NCBI GenBank assembly: GCA_964398115.1
Contig: CAYNLP010000001.1
Coordinates: 37,590-87,098 of the forward strand
From: an uncultured Methanosarcinales archaeon
GTDB taxonomy: Archaea; Nanobdellota; Nanobdellia; Woesearchaeales; CAYNLP01
Direction: 5' to 3'
DNA: 49,509 bases
Below, piece after piece: positions 1 to 7,635 of the stretch. The number at the start of each line of letters is the position of its first letter. Position 1 is the first letter of the stretch. A program made the position numbers and the translations under genes. The notes beneath the pieces are model-generated. The model saw nothing but the letters and a program-made list of their open reading frames with translations, searched no databases and was not told where the DNA came from.

Positions 1-4
1 CACA

Positions 5-352
5 GTGGTTTACTCGTTCTTGACTTTTCATTATAACGGTAAGATGAGTAAGGCAATAAAGCGCATACCGAAGGAGTTCAAGAAAGGCTTTGGCTTTGGT
101 TTAGATAGTGAATATACGTGGAAGTTCAAACAACTCAAAAGATGTAATGGTATAGCTCTATACAAGCGTTCAAGACCTTTAGGCAACCTAACATACTATG
201 AAGTCGTTGAAATACGAGCCAGACAAACACGTCAAAAGGATGATAAGGTTTTGAAAGAAGTCTACCCGCCAAAAAGCGATTTTGGTAATTACGGTTTTTG
301 CTATAAAGAAAAAGAAAAAGCACTAAAGAAATTTCGGGAGTGGGTAGAATGA
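5..352 (+). CDS. Hypothetical protein (frame is open to the left window edge, so possibly 5' partial; internal ATG at 44)
   Basis: 115-aa ORF. Its stop TGA (350-352) overlaps the ATG (349-351) of the next ORF. No motif recognised. Confidence 0.5.
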   Translation: MVYSFLTFHYNGKMSKAIKRIPKEFKKGFGFGLDSEYTWKFKQLKRCNGIALYKRSRPLGNLTYYEVVEIRARQTRQKDDKVLKEVYPPKSDFGNYGFCYKEKEKALKKFREWVE

Positions 353-453
353 CGTGGGAAAAAATCTTCTCATATCGGGATAGAAAACTAGAGAAGTGGA
401 GAGAAGAAAATAGCTGCAATTGTGATTGCAAAAAGGGTGAAGTAGAAGTATGA
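349..453 (+). CDS. 34-aa micro-ORF with a CNCDC cysteine cluster
   Basis: ATG at 349 overlaps the upstream stop. Its own TGA (451-453) overlaps the mcm ATG (450-452), giving a chain of ATGA couplings. Translation MTWEKIFSYRDRKLEKWREENSCNCDCKKGEVEV. Confidence 0.3.
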   Translation: MTWEKIFSYRDRKLEKWREENSCNCDCKKGEVEV

Positions 454-2573
454 GTGAAGAGAATTCTGAAAACGCCTATAGTAATATTGTATCGTTGTAT
501 CGTGAGTATTGTGAGTATCATAATACAAGCGATACAAACGATACAGATGATACTGCGATACAACAACTAATAAGGCATTTTGAGAAACAAAGTTACAAAC
601 AACAAATTCTATTCGAATTGTACGAAGAAAACTACAATAATCAAGATTTAGCTGAAAGATTAGATGTTGAGGAACACATAGCAAGGAAAACCACTAAGCG
701 TTTGAAAGACGATGGTTTAATTGAGGTTAAGGAGAAAGACGGTAATACAAAAATATACGGCCTTACCACTAGAGGACAAAACAGGATAAAAGATTTAGTT
801 AAAAACTATGTAAAAAACAATACTTCACCATTAGTACAAGGTAAAGTCCGACAAGATAAAAAGGTTCAATCTTGGATTAACTACTTTGAAAGCCACGAGG
901 ACATTTCAAAAAGTAACAGTGGAAACTACAAACCACACATTACTACAACACTAGACCATATTGCGAAATTCAACCCTGACCTAGAACAAAAGATTGAACA
1001 AAGCCCTAGACAAGTTTTGAAAGCAGGGAAAAAAGCAATTGCTGAATTAAGCGATAAAAAGGAATATGCTGTAACACTAGAGATTGAATTGCCTGATACC
1101 CTTTCTTTCAATAAAGATATTAGTCAGCTACGGCAGAGTGATATAGGCGGTTTGATAACAGTAGAGGGTATCATCAGGCACAGAACAGAGTTGAATCCTC
1201 TAGCTGTAAAGCGAGTTTTTGAGTGTCCAAGCTGTAAGAACGTGATACATATAGAGCAAGACACTCGAAAGAAGAAAAAACCAAGTAAATGTAGTTGCGG
1301 TCGTAAAGGCAAATTCCACCAAATTGACGTAGAGTATCAAGACTATAGAATTCTAAAAATAGAAGAGTTAGACGAAGATAAAGGACACGTAACCAATCCT
1401 GAAAGTATATACGTAGAACTAAGGAATGAATTGACTAGACCTGGACGAGATACATACTTACAACCTGGTAGCAAGGTAAAGGTTTGTGGAATACTTGATG
1501 TTCGTGAAGCAAAAAAATCAAACAATAACGTTATGCTTAAACAGATTGACGGTTTATATATTGAGCCGTTAGATGATGACTACAGTAATTTAGAAATAGC
1601 AGAGGAGGACGAAGAAAAGTTTGAAGAAATTAAAAACAAAGAAAACCCCATCGAGTTCTTAAGTAATCAAGTGTTCGGGCATATAGTTGGTATGGATAAC
1701 GCCAAGAAGTCGGCACTACTACAACAATTTAGTAATGGATACACAAAGAGAAATAATGGTAACAAAGACAGAGGTTGGTTAAACGTTTGCATTCTTGGCG
1801 ATCCTGGTACAGCAAAATCAGATATAGGGAAAAGAATAGTTGATATTGCCCCTAGAAGTAAATCGGCACAAGCAACGAGTAGTAGTGGGGTTGGTTTGAC
1901 AGCTACGGCTCAAAGTGATGAAATGACGGGCGACTATTATGCCGAAGCTGGAGTTTTGGGTTTAGCTAATAGAGGAACGGCTTTTATTGACGAAATAGAT
2001 AAGATTGGAGAAGATGAGTTAAACTCAGTACATAATGCTATAGAGGACGGTAAAGTTAATTTGGATAAGGCAAACGTTCACGCTACTATTAGTACTGAAA
2101 CTAGAGTACTTGCGTCGGCTAATCCTGAAGATGATATAGTTGGCGACCAGAACCCTAGAAAACAACTCGGCGATGTGATAAAGAATAAGACAATCCCTGA
2201 TAGGTTTGACTTGATTGTTTTAGCGGAAAACTCTAGAAGTAAAGACAAAACCAAAAAAATCGCAGACACTTTCAACGAAGATAACGAGATAGAACAAAGC
2301 GATATAGATGACCAGACCATTAAGAAGTATATTCTAAAAAGTAGAGAGTTTAATCCTTCTATACCAAGCGACCTATTTGAAAAGTTAAAAGAATTATTTG
2401 TTGAAATAGAAGATGTAAAAGAATTCTATAGGGTAACACCTAGAGTTATGAGAACACTAATAGCTTTAGCTAAAGCTCACGCAAGAGCTAGACACAGCGA
2501 TACGGTAAACAAAGAGGACGTAAGGAAATCCGAAGAGCTATACAGGAGGGTAATGACCAATCCAAAATGGTGA
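450..2573 (+). CDS. mcm: MCM-family replicative helicase (AAA+) with N-terminal winged-helix extension
   Basis: Walker A GDPGTAKS and Walker B AFIDEIDK. Sensor-1-like VLASANP and Arg-finger region PDRFDL. Zinc motif CPSCKN...CSCG in an OB-like N domain. N-terminal wHTH-like LFELYEENYNNQDLAERLDV...GLIEV. Confidence 0.9.
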   Translation: MSEENSENAYSNIVSLYREYCEYHNTSDTNDTDDTAIQQLIRHFEKQSYKQQILFELYEENYNNQDLAERLDVEEHIARKTTKRLKDDGLIEVKEKDGNTKIYGLTTRGQNRIKDLVKNYVKNNTSPLVQGKVRQDKKVQSWINYFESHEDISKSNSGNYKPHITTTLDHIAKFNPDLEQKIEQSPRQVLKAGKKAIAELSDKKEYAVTLEIELPDTLSFNKDISQLRQSDIGGLITVEGIIRHRTELNPLAVKRVFECPSCKNVIHIEQDTRKKKKPSKCSCGRKGKFHQIDVEYQDYRILKIEELDEDKGHVTNPESIYVELRNELTRPGRDTYLQPGSKVKVCGILDVREAKKSNNNVMLKQIDGLYIEPLDDDYSNLEIAEEDEEKFEEIKNKENPIEFLSNQVFGHIVGMDNAKKSALLQQFSNGYTKRNNGNKDRGWLNVCILGDPGTAKSDIGKRIVDIAPRSKSAQATSSSGVGLTATAQSDEMTGDYYAEAGVLGLANRGTAFIDEIDKIGEDELNSVHNAIEDGKVNLDKANVHATISTETRVLASANPEDDIVGDQNPRKQLGDVIKNKTIPDRFDLIVLAENSRSKDKTKKIADTFNEDNEIEQSDIDDQTIKKYILKSREFNPSIPSDLFEKLKELFVEIEDVKEFYRVTPRVMRTLIALAKAHARARHSDTVNKEDVRKSEELYRRVMTNPKW

Positions 2574-2577
2574 TAGT

Positions 2578-2712
2578 ATGAGTTGGGGTTATCGTGATTG
2601 GGGTCGTGGAGAACACTTTGTACAGAAAGACGGTGAGGTGTGTCGAGAGTGTGGTCGTGATACCGCCGTTAGTAACAAGACAGGTTTATGCCGTAAGTGT
2701 AACGAAAAATGA
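2578..2712 (+). CDS. 44-aa zinc-ribbon mini-protein
   Basis: MSWGYRDWGRGEHFVQKDGEVCRECGRDTAVSNKTGLCRKCNEK with two CxxC pairs. Starts 4 nt after the mcm stop, with GGTGA just upstream. Confidence 0.5.
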   Translation: MSWGYRDWGRGEHFVQKDGEVCRECGRDTAVSNKTGLCRKCNEK

Positions 2713-2757
2713 AATATGAAACTTTTGTGAAATTTTTGTGAGGAGGGTTTGGTATTT

Positions 2758-2970
2758 ATGGGGCAATACGAAGTTTTACAGCTGCTGAAAGAAAAAGGTG
2801 AGACCTTAACGGTTAGGGATGTTAAGGACGAGTTGGGTATTAGTCGGACGAGTGCTTATGATAACCTTTCCAGTTTGGAGAAGTTTGGACTGGTCGAATG
2901 CAGTACTAGGGTTTTGATTGTTGGGAATCATCAGCGTAAAGAGGTTAAGGTTTACGAGGCAACGGCTTAA
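2758..2970 (+). CDS. Small winged-helix DNA-binding protein (TrmB/MarR/ArsR-like)
   Basis: LTVRDVKDELGISRTSAYDNLSSLEKFGLVE is a typical wHTH. ATG 2758 lies about 10 nt after GAGGAGGG, and the TTG at 2749 in the ORF track is less likely. Confidence 0.7.
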   Translation: MGQYEVLQLLKEKGETLTVRDVKDELGISRTSAYDNLSSLEKFGLVECSTRVLIVGNHQRKEVKVYEATA

Positions 2971-2974
2971 GAAA

Positions 2975-3148
2975 ATGAGTAGCGAGGATAGAAAAACGGG
3001 TACGAGAGGTAAACTTATGGTGGATTTCCTAAAGGGGAATGTTCAGATCAAGACATGTAGAAATTGTAACTCAACCTTAGGACGTGAAAGAGTGGGTGTT
3101 GGAGAAAAGGTTGAGGATGGCTTATGTTCGAGGTGTGAAGAGGAATGA
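2975..3148 (+). CDS. 57-aa zinc-ribbon protein
   Basis: CRNC...CSRC pairs. The in-frame ATG at 2975 lies 4 nt after the upstream stop, and the longer track ORF from 2918 overlaps the previous gene. Confidence 0.5.
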   Translation: MSSEDRKTGTRGKLMVDFLKGNVQIKTCRNCNSTLGRERVGVGEKVEDGLCSRCEEE

Positions 3149-3160
3149 TTCAAAAGGTGT

Positions 3161-3295
3161 ATGGTTGGTATGACCGTAACAGGTCTAGGATATTTTGGTA
3201 TAGCATATATGCTGTTTTCCTATACCTTACTGTTCGTTTTGCTATGGCTTTATGAATACAAAGAAACAAGTTTTTGGAGGATTGAATTAAGTTGA
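3161..3295 (+). CDS. 44-aa single-pass membrane mini-protein
   Basis: MVGMTVTGLGYFGIAYMLFSYTLLFVLLWLYEYKETSFWRIELS has a hydrophobic core. It sits below the ORF-track size cutoff and was found by reading the sequence. Confidence 0.4.
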   Translation: MVGMTVTGLGYFGIAYMLFSYTLLFVLLWLYEYKETSFWRIELS

Positions 3296-3465
3296 GTGAA
3301 GATGACAAGAAGCGGATAGTTTTGGAATTGGATATGAAAGAGTTAAATAATATTCAAGAGAAAATACTCGACATATTCAGAGAGGAAGACCTAACCACTC
3401 CAGAAGCGTTTTACATACTTCATAATCTCTCATGGAAGATTAACTTACGAGATTATCACGAATAA
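3292..3465 (+). CDS. 57-aa hypothetical protein (TTG start)
   Basis: TTG at 3292 overlaps the upstream TGA (TTGA), with GGAGG 11 nt upstream. Translation (M)SEDDKKRIVLELDMKELNNIQEKILDIFREEDLTTPEAFYILHNLSWKINLRDYHE. Confidence 0.4.
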   Translation: MSEDDKKRIVLELDMKELNNIQEKILDIFREEDLTTPEAFYILHNLSWKINLRDYHE

Positions 3466-3486
3466 GTAAGAGGAGGTGTTTCAAAT

Positions 3487-3651
3487 ATGCCTAAGGAAAA
3501 AAAGCTGACCACAACAGTACACAAAAGCGGCGAAGAGTATCTAAAGGTTAGTGTTCCAATTCAGTTAGCACGTGCGAAAGGTTGGAGTAGTGGTACTCGA
3601 CTAAGCTGGACTGTGGAAGAAGACGGCAAGATTAGATTAGAAGAAGCATAA
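3487..3651 (+). CDS. 54-aa AbrB/SpoVT-like (swapped-hairpin) DNA-binding protein
   Basis: AGGAGGTG SD upstream. LKVSVPIQLARAKGWSSGTRLSWTVEEDGKIRL resembles the SpoVT-AbrB pattern. Confidence 0.5.
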   Translation: MPKEKKLTTTVHKSGEEYLKVSVPIQLARAKGWSSGTRLSWTVEEDGKIRLEEA

Positions 3652-3702
3652 TCTCAGATTTTAAATCTTCATCCATTTTTTAATTCTTACCCAATTATTG
3701 TT

Positions 3703-4017
3703 TCATTCTTGGTACATATCTGATACTTTCTCGTAACCCCAAACACCGAGGGATATCACTCCATAAATCACCAAAAAAATCAGGAAAACAAGCACTAATT
3801 CCACAAGGAGAGTTCCAAAAGTATTACACGAAGAGCAACAATCCCCTAATATGGTAAAAGGCAATCTATGATAACAGTCTATAGGCGCCGCCATAGGTCC
3901 AGAATTGCAAGTAACATTCTCACATTGTCTTGTTAACCAAGCAAGAAAAATCGTGATCAAAAAAGTTATCAAAACAGACACATTCAACTTATTAAAACAA
4001 CGATTCCAATCCATCAC
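3703..4017 (-). CDS. Two-TM membrane protein with Cys-rich loop
   Basis: 104-aa ORF with hydrophobic segments at both ends and a CENVTCNSG...CYH...CCSSC loop. Confidence 0.5.
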   Translation of the reverse strand: MMDWNRCFNKLNVSVLITFLITIFLAWLTRQCENVTCNSGPMAAPIDCYHRLPFTILGDCCSSCNTFGTLLVELVLVFLIFLVIYGVISLGVWGYEKVSDMYQE

Positions 4018-4406
4018 TCCCTTTACAAAAACGACGCTATAAAAAAATTATTTCTTTTCAATAAATAGGTTTAGAAAATATTAATCTCAGAAACTTATAA
4101 ATTTTTGTTCTCAGATTCCCAGTTGATAATTCTTTTGTATACGTATTCGATTGGATGAAGCGGAATAATCAAAGATTGAGTTCACATAGTGTTTTTTAGA
4201 CGAGGAAAAACGGTTTTTGACGATATGTGTGAATGGGGAAATTATAGTATATATACTTACATAGATGATTGGATACTGCGAAAATGCAAGACGGAAAGCT
4301 GGAGAAGTAGCAGGAAAAGATAAGGGATAATAAGGGATATGCTTGGGAATGAAAGCGTAAACCAAGAAGAAATGGGGTATAACTTCAAAATGTAAAGTTA
4401 AATATC

Positions 4407-4472
4407 AAGTTATAACGGGTTTTTGTGGACTATAACGTAAAGTAAGGGTTGCGCCCCCGCCACTTAACTTAA
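4407..4472 (+). repeat. 66-nt unit 1 of a paralogous pair (candidate small RNA, iteron or att-like element)
   Basis: Same length as unit 2 and 46/66 identical by hand alignment. Conserved ends are AAGTTATAA-GGG..TTTGT and CCCGCCA-TTAACTTAA. Terminal 6-mers AAGTTA/TAACTT are inverted complements. GC-rich core GCGCCCCCGCCAC sits in an AT-rich tract. Confidence 0.55.
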
Positions 4473-4537
4473 ATTAAAGAAAAAGAGAAATAACAAAGTT
4501 TGTTGATAATAATAGTGAAAGTGTGAAGTTGAATGTG

Positions 4538-4603
4538 AAGTTATAAGGGGGGTTTGTAGAGGAGAGTGTGAATGAAACCGACCGCGCCCGCCATTTAACT
4601 TAA
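4538..4603 (+). repeat. 66-nt unit 2 of the paralogous pair
   Basis: See unit 1. The offset is exactly 131 nt. It is preceded by tandem TGTGAAGTT-GAA-TGTGAAGTT (4522-4542). Confidence 0.55.
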
Positions 4604-5046
4604 CTTACAAACAAAATTTAGTCATATTTTGTATTTAGTTGAGGAGGTGAAGCAAAATTACAACGTTTGAAATAGTGCTGATAGGTACAGGCGTTTTTGT
4701 GTTCCTTTTGTGTTTTGCTCTGACTTGGTACTTAGATCCACGTACAAGGATATAGAAAAAAAATGCAGTTAGTCAAAAAATTGACGAACTGGAGAAGTGA
4801 ATACGAGAAGATTAATTAGTAGAAGCGATTGATGTTCGTTCGTTCGGTAACATCTTATATATTACAAACTCAAAATTATAACAAAAATTTTATTAATATA
4901 ATATCTTGTATTAATACTAATACTAATGTAGAGGTCTTAACAACGTTCTTATGTGTACTTTGAACATATTTTATTCTACTACGGACAGGGCTTTGAACAT
5001 TCTCTGCCATAAATTTTATATTCTAACAAAAAACTAAAGCTTTGTG

Positions 5047-5679
5047 ATGAAGAAAGCAATAATAGCATTAACCCTAATTCTTGCCCTAACAAGCTGTAAT
5101 CAATCACAAACAGAACTAAGTTATTCAGAAGTTAACCAAACTACCAATCAAGAAGAATTCATCCATCAAGTCGTTGAAAGCAATGAAGACTTAAGACAGC
5201 AGAAAACAAGTTTACAGAATAAAGTAAATGATTTACAATCAAAATTGAAAGGACAAAACCAAACTATTAGGGAATTAGAAAGGACTATTCAAAACTTACG
5301 TCAAAGATTACAAGTTCCACCAGCACCACAGGATAGAATAAAACAAGGAGATATATCCATATTTGGAAACCGTTTTACAGTGAGAGAAGGAGACGTGTTC
5401 GTAGCAGTTTTTGAAAACACCGACTCTATGAAACCAGTACTAGATCAAACTTCACTAGCCATACAAGTACCTCCTTCCAACTACGAAGTAGAAACTGGTG
5501 ACATAATAGCTTTCAAAGCCAACTACACCGACAAGTTAGTCGTTCATAGAATCATCGCAACCGGCACTGACAGCCAAGGATGGTTTGCCATTACCAAAGG
5601 TGACAACAACCCCACACCAGATCAAGGCAAAGTCAGAAAAGAAGATATAGTAGGAGTTACCCTATCAATACTCTACTAA
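5047..5679 (+). CDS. Signal peptidase I, archaeal/ER Sec11-type (S26 family), with lipobox-like N-terminus and coiled-coil insert
   Basis: Catalytic Ser box TDSMKPVL, His box LVVHRII and GDNN box. N-terminus MKKAIIALTLILALTSC. Q/E-rich coiled coil at about aa 40-95. A GTG at 5044 is an alternative start. Confidence 0.8.
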   Translation: MKKAIIALTLILALTSCNQSQTELSYSEVNQTTNQEEFIHQVVESNEDLRQQKTSLQNKVNDLQSKLKGQNQTIRELERTIQNLRQRLQVPPAPQDRIKQGDISIFGNRFTVREGDVFVAVFENTDSMKPVLDQTSLAIQVPPSNYEVETGDIIAFKANYTDKLVVHRIIATGTDSQGWFAITKGDNNPTPDQGKVRKEDIVGVTLSILY

Positions 5680-5726
5680 CAAAAGGAAAGTATTAAAATA
5701 ACTAAATTTCCTAAAAATAAAAGAGG

Positions 5727-5996
5727 ATGGAAAACACACAAAAATTTTTGATAGGAGCCATAGTCCTCCTGTTATTATTGAACATAGCCACTCTTGTATT
5801 CGTCTTAAACAGCACAAACTCGATAACAGGTGCGGCCGTAACCAGCTCTAATTCCTTAACTGAGGGATCGGTAGTTATAGAAGGAAAACTAGCAGAAGAC
5901 AGTGAACTGAATAAATGCTGTGACGTGGGAGAAAAGAAGGGATGTTACGTCACTCAAGGAAGTGGATGTTCCGCATGCAACTCAGTATGTGAGTGA
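5727..5996 (+). CDS. Small membrane-anchored Cys-rich protein
   Basis: N-terminal TM LIGAIVLLLLLNIATLVFVL and C-terminal CCDVGEKKGCYVTQGSGCSACNSVCE. Confidence 0.5.
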   Translation: MENTQKFLIGAIVLLLLLNIATLVFVLNSTNSITGAAVTSSNSLTEGSVVIEGKLAEDSELNKCCDVGEKKGCYVTQGSGCSACNSVCE

Positions 5997-6329
5997 GGTA
6001 TTTGGAAAATACTTATCCACTCTAGTTAAATCAATATGGTCTTCTTGAACAATAACTTTTGGTTTCTCACCCCACTCCTCTTCTACAAGGTTAGAATACA
6101 CCAAGGCGGGACCTTCATACTCTGGCTTAACCTTAATTTTTAAACCTTTTTCATCATCAAATTTACCAATTACTGTCTGAAACAAAAAACCGTTTCTAAC
6201 AATATTTTCCAAGTTATCTACAGGGACGTGACCACTTGGACCCGTAACAAAATTTCCACGAACCTTCTTCCCAAAAGCTTTTTGTAAAAGTTCGTTAACC
6301 TGCCTTACCCTATCAGTTTCCGAACTCAT
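5982..6329 (-). CDS. Hypothetical cytoplasmic protein
   Basis: 115-aa ORF with ordinary composition. It converges on and overlaps the previous gene by 15 nt. No motif recognised. Confidence 0.5.
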   Translation of the reverse strand: MSSETDRVRQVNELLQKAFGKKVRGNFVTGPSGHVPVDNLENIVRNGFLFQTVIGKFDDEKGLKIKVKPEYEGPALVYSNLVEEEWGEKPKVIVQEDHIDLTRVDKYFPNTSLTY

Positions 6330-6415
6330 TAACGTAAGAAAAATATTGTATGATTTTTAAACATATGCAGAAAATAAGTTTTAAATAAACAACTAATTTT
6401 TCCAACACTTGCAAC

Positions 6416-6547
6416 GCGGGGGTTCCCGAGTGGCCAAAGGGGCAGGACTTAAGATAAACCCTTAAGTGTTTGAGGCCTAAACAGCCGATGAAAAATAAGA
6501 AATCCTGTGGCTTAGTGCCTTCAAGGGTTCGAATCCCTTCCCCCGCA
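6416..6547 (+). tRNA. tRNA-Leu (anticodon UAA) with 48-nt intron at the canonical 37/38 position
   Basis: Acceptor GCGGGGG/CCCCCGC plus discriminator A. Anticodon stem CAGGA/TCCTG with loop CTTAAG[intron]A, anticodon TAA at 6450-6452. Long variable arm GGCTTAGTGCC. T arm AAGGG-TTCGAAT-CCCTT. Intron is about 6454-6501 and contains CTTAAG complementary to the anticodon loop. No encoded CCA. Confidence 0.9.
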
Positions 6548-6594
6548 CTCTATTGAAAAAATTATTTAAGTGCTTCACTTCTTCAACATCGATT

Positions 6595-7563
6595 ATGGAA
6601 AGAGATTGGATCCTAACAGGTTCACTTGTAATTGGCATACCTCTTTTCATATATATCCTTCTTCAAACCAACACGGGAGAGATGATAAACCTTCTTCAAT
6701 CCGCTCCCATCCAACCCATTATAGGATTCATAATAACATCCATAGTTTTAGTGTTTCTATTCACATTCGCATGGGCTGTCCTCCTCTACTCAGAAAGTAT
6801 ACATCTTCCTTTCAGACGTCTCATTTCCTACAGAATGATAGGTTTTGCAATAAGTTACGTCACTCCAGGACCGAAAATCGGCGGTGAAATAACCCAAGCA
6901 AGAGTTGCAAGTAGAGAAGGTAACGAGAAAAAACTTTTAACAACCTCAATTATGGAAAACATTTCACACACCATCGCAGGATTAATTTTTGACGGCGCAG
7001 TTATAGGAATAGCTATAGCATTCATACCTATACCTCCTTTCTTTCATTACGTTTTCTACACCTTGACAGGAATAGCACTGATAATTCCTTTCCTATACCA
7101 CATAGTGATAAAAGAAGACTTCAAACCTGTTTCCTGGATTGTTGAAAAACTAGACAGTGTAGGGATGATAGCAAGAAAAGAGTATCAAAAAGCTGTTGTA
7201 AACGCTGAAAAATACTTTAAAAAGTATTTGAATGAAAACCAAAAAAGTATCGTTATAAGCACTCTGATATTATTCTTTTCTAAGTTAATACTTTCTATCC
7301 AAATCATGTTCATAGCACAAATGCTTTCAGTGAACTTAACCATTCCTCAAGCTATGTTGTTCGCAGCGGTGATCGACATAGCATACACCATCCCGGCGTA
7401 CATGGGAATAGGCGTGTTAGAAGCCGGGCAAGCCTCAATCTCTAGCGTTTTAGGATTAACTGGCGGTTTTGGAGTGACAGTCGCCTTGCTAACAAGAGTT
7501 CGCGACCTAACAATCAGTGGATTAGGACTAACCATGCTCTGGCACTATAGAGAAAAATCCTAA
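6595..7563 (+). CDS. Polytopic membrane protein, UPF0104 / lysyl-PG-synthase-TM (flippase-like) family
   Basis: Multiple TM helices and RMIGFAISYVTPGPKIGGEITQARV, which is typical of the family. ATG 6595 is preferred because the TTG at 6553 starts 6 nt after the tRNA. Confidence 0.6.
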   Translation: MERDWILTGSLVIGIPLFIYILLQTNTGEMINLLQSAPIQPIIGFIITSIVLVFLFTFAWAVLLYSESIHLPFRRLISYRMIGFAISYVTPGPKIGGEITQARVASREGNEKKLLTTSIMENISHTIAGLIFDGAVIGIAIAFIPIPPFFHYVFYTLTGIALIIPFLYHIVIKEDFKPVSWIVEKLDSVGMIARKEYQKAVVNAEKYFKKYLNENQKSIVISTLILFFSKLILSIQIMFIAQMLSVNLTIPQAMLFAAVIDIAYTIPAYMGIGVLEAGQASISSVLGLTGGFGVTVALLTRVRDLTISGLGLTMLWHYREKS

Positions 7564-7635
7564 ACAAATTTGACAGAAGAAAAAAGTTTTTAATTACCCA
7601 CCACTTTTCAAACCCAAAGAAAGAGGTGGGTTTAT

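Larger units (their letters stand above)
1..4620 (+). mobile_element. Partial MCM-helicase-encoding integrated element, plasmid or provirus-like module (left end outside window)
   Basis: Dense same-strand block of mcm plus many sub-80-aa genes with ATGA/TTGA start-stop overlaps and GGAGG-type SDs. It is followed by a 1-kb non-coding tract with repeats. No integrase for it lies inside the window, so boundaries are provisional. Confidence 0.5.

Noticed and set aside
135-684. Minus-strand ORFs of 143 and 98 aa overlapping the first genes and the mcm start
   Set aside because: They are antisense shadows of well-supported plus-strand genes. Their composition is low-complexity (I/L/F/Y-rich) and no start context is visible.
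3656-3668. Palindrome AGATTTTAAATCT between convergent genes
   Set aside because: It is a 13-nt AT-only palindrome, which is expected by chance in AT-rich DNA. It might contribute to termination, together with the T6 at about 3677, but it cannot be supported.
4111-4365. 84-aa minus-strand ORF in the non-coding tract
   Set aside because: There is no SD or promoter context, and the composition looks like translated purine-rich non-coding DNA. The plus strand here is G/A-rich and more likely RNA or regulatory.
4451-4463. GC core GCGCCCCCGCCAC resembles the 3' acceptor end of the nearby tRNA-Leu (CCCCCGCAC), which would suggest a tRNA-derived att site
   Set aside because: Only about 9 nt match, with an indel, there is no T-arm similarity, and the tRNA lies on the wrong side for a 3'-end integration duplicate. 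It is kept only as a remote possibility pending the left contig end.
6553-6594. TTG start extending the membrane protein to 336 aa
   Set aside because: It would begin 6 nt after the tRNA-Leu 3' end. The internal ATG at 6595 gives a sensible N-terminus.
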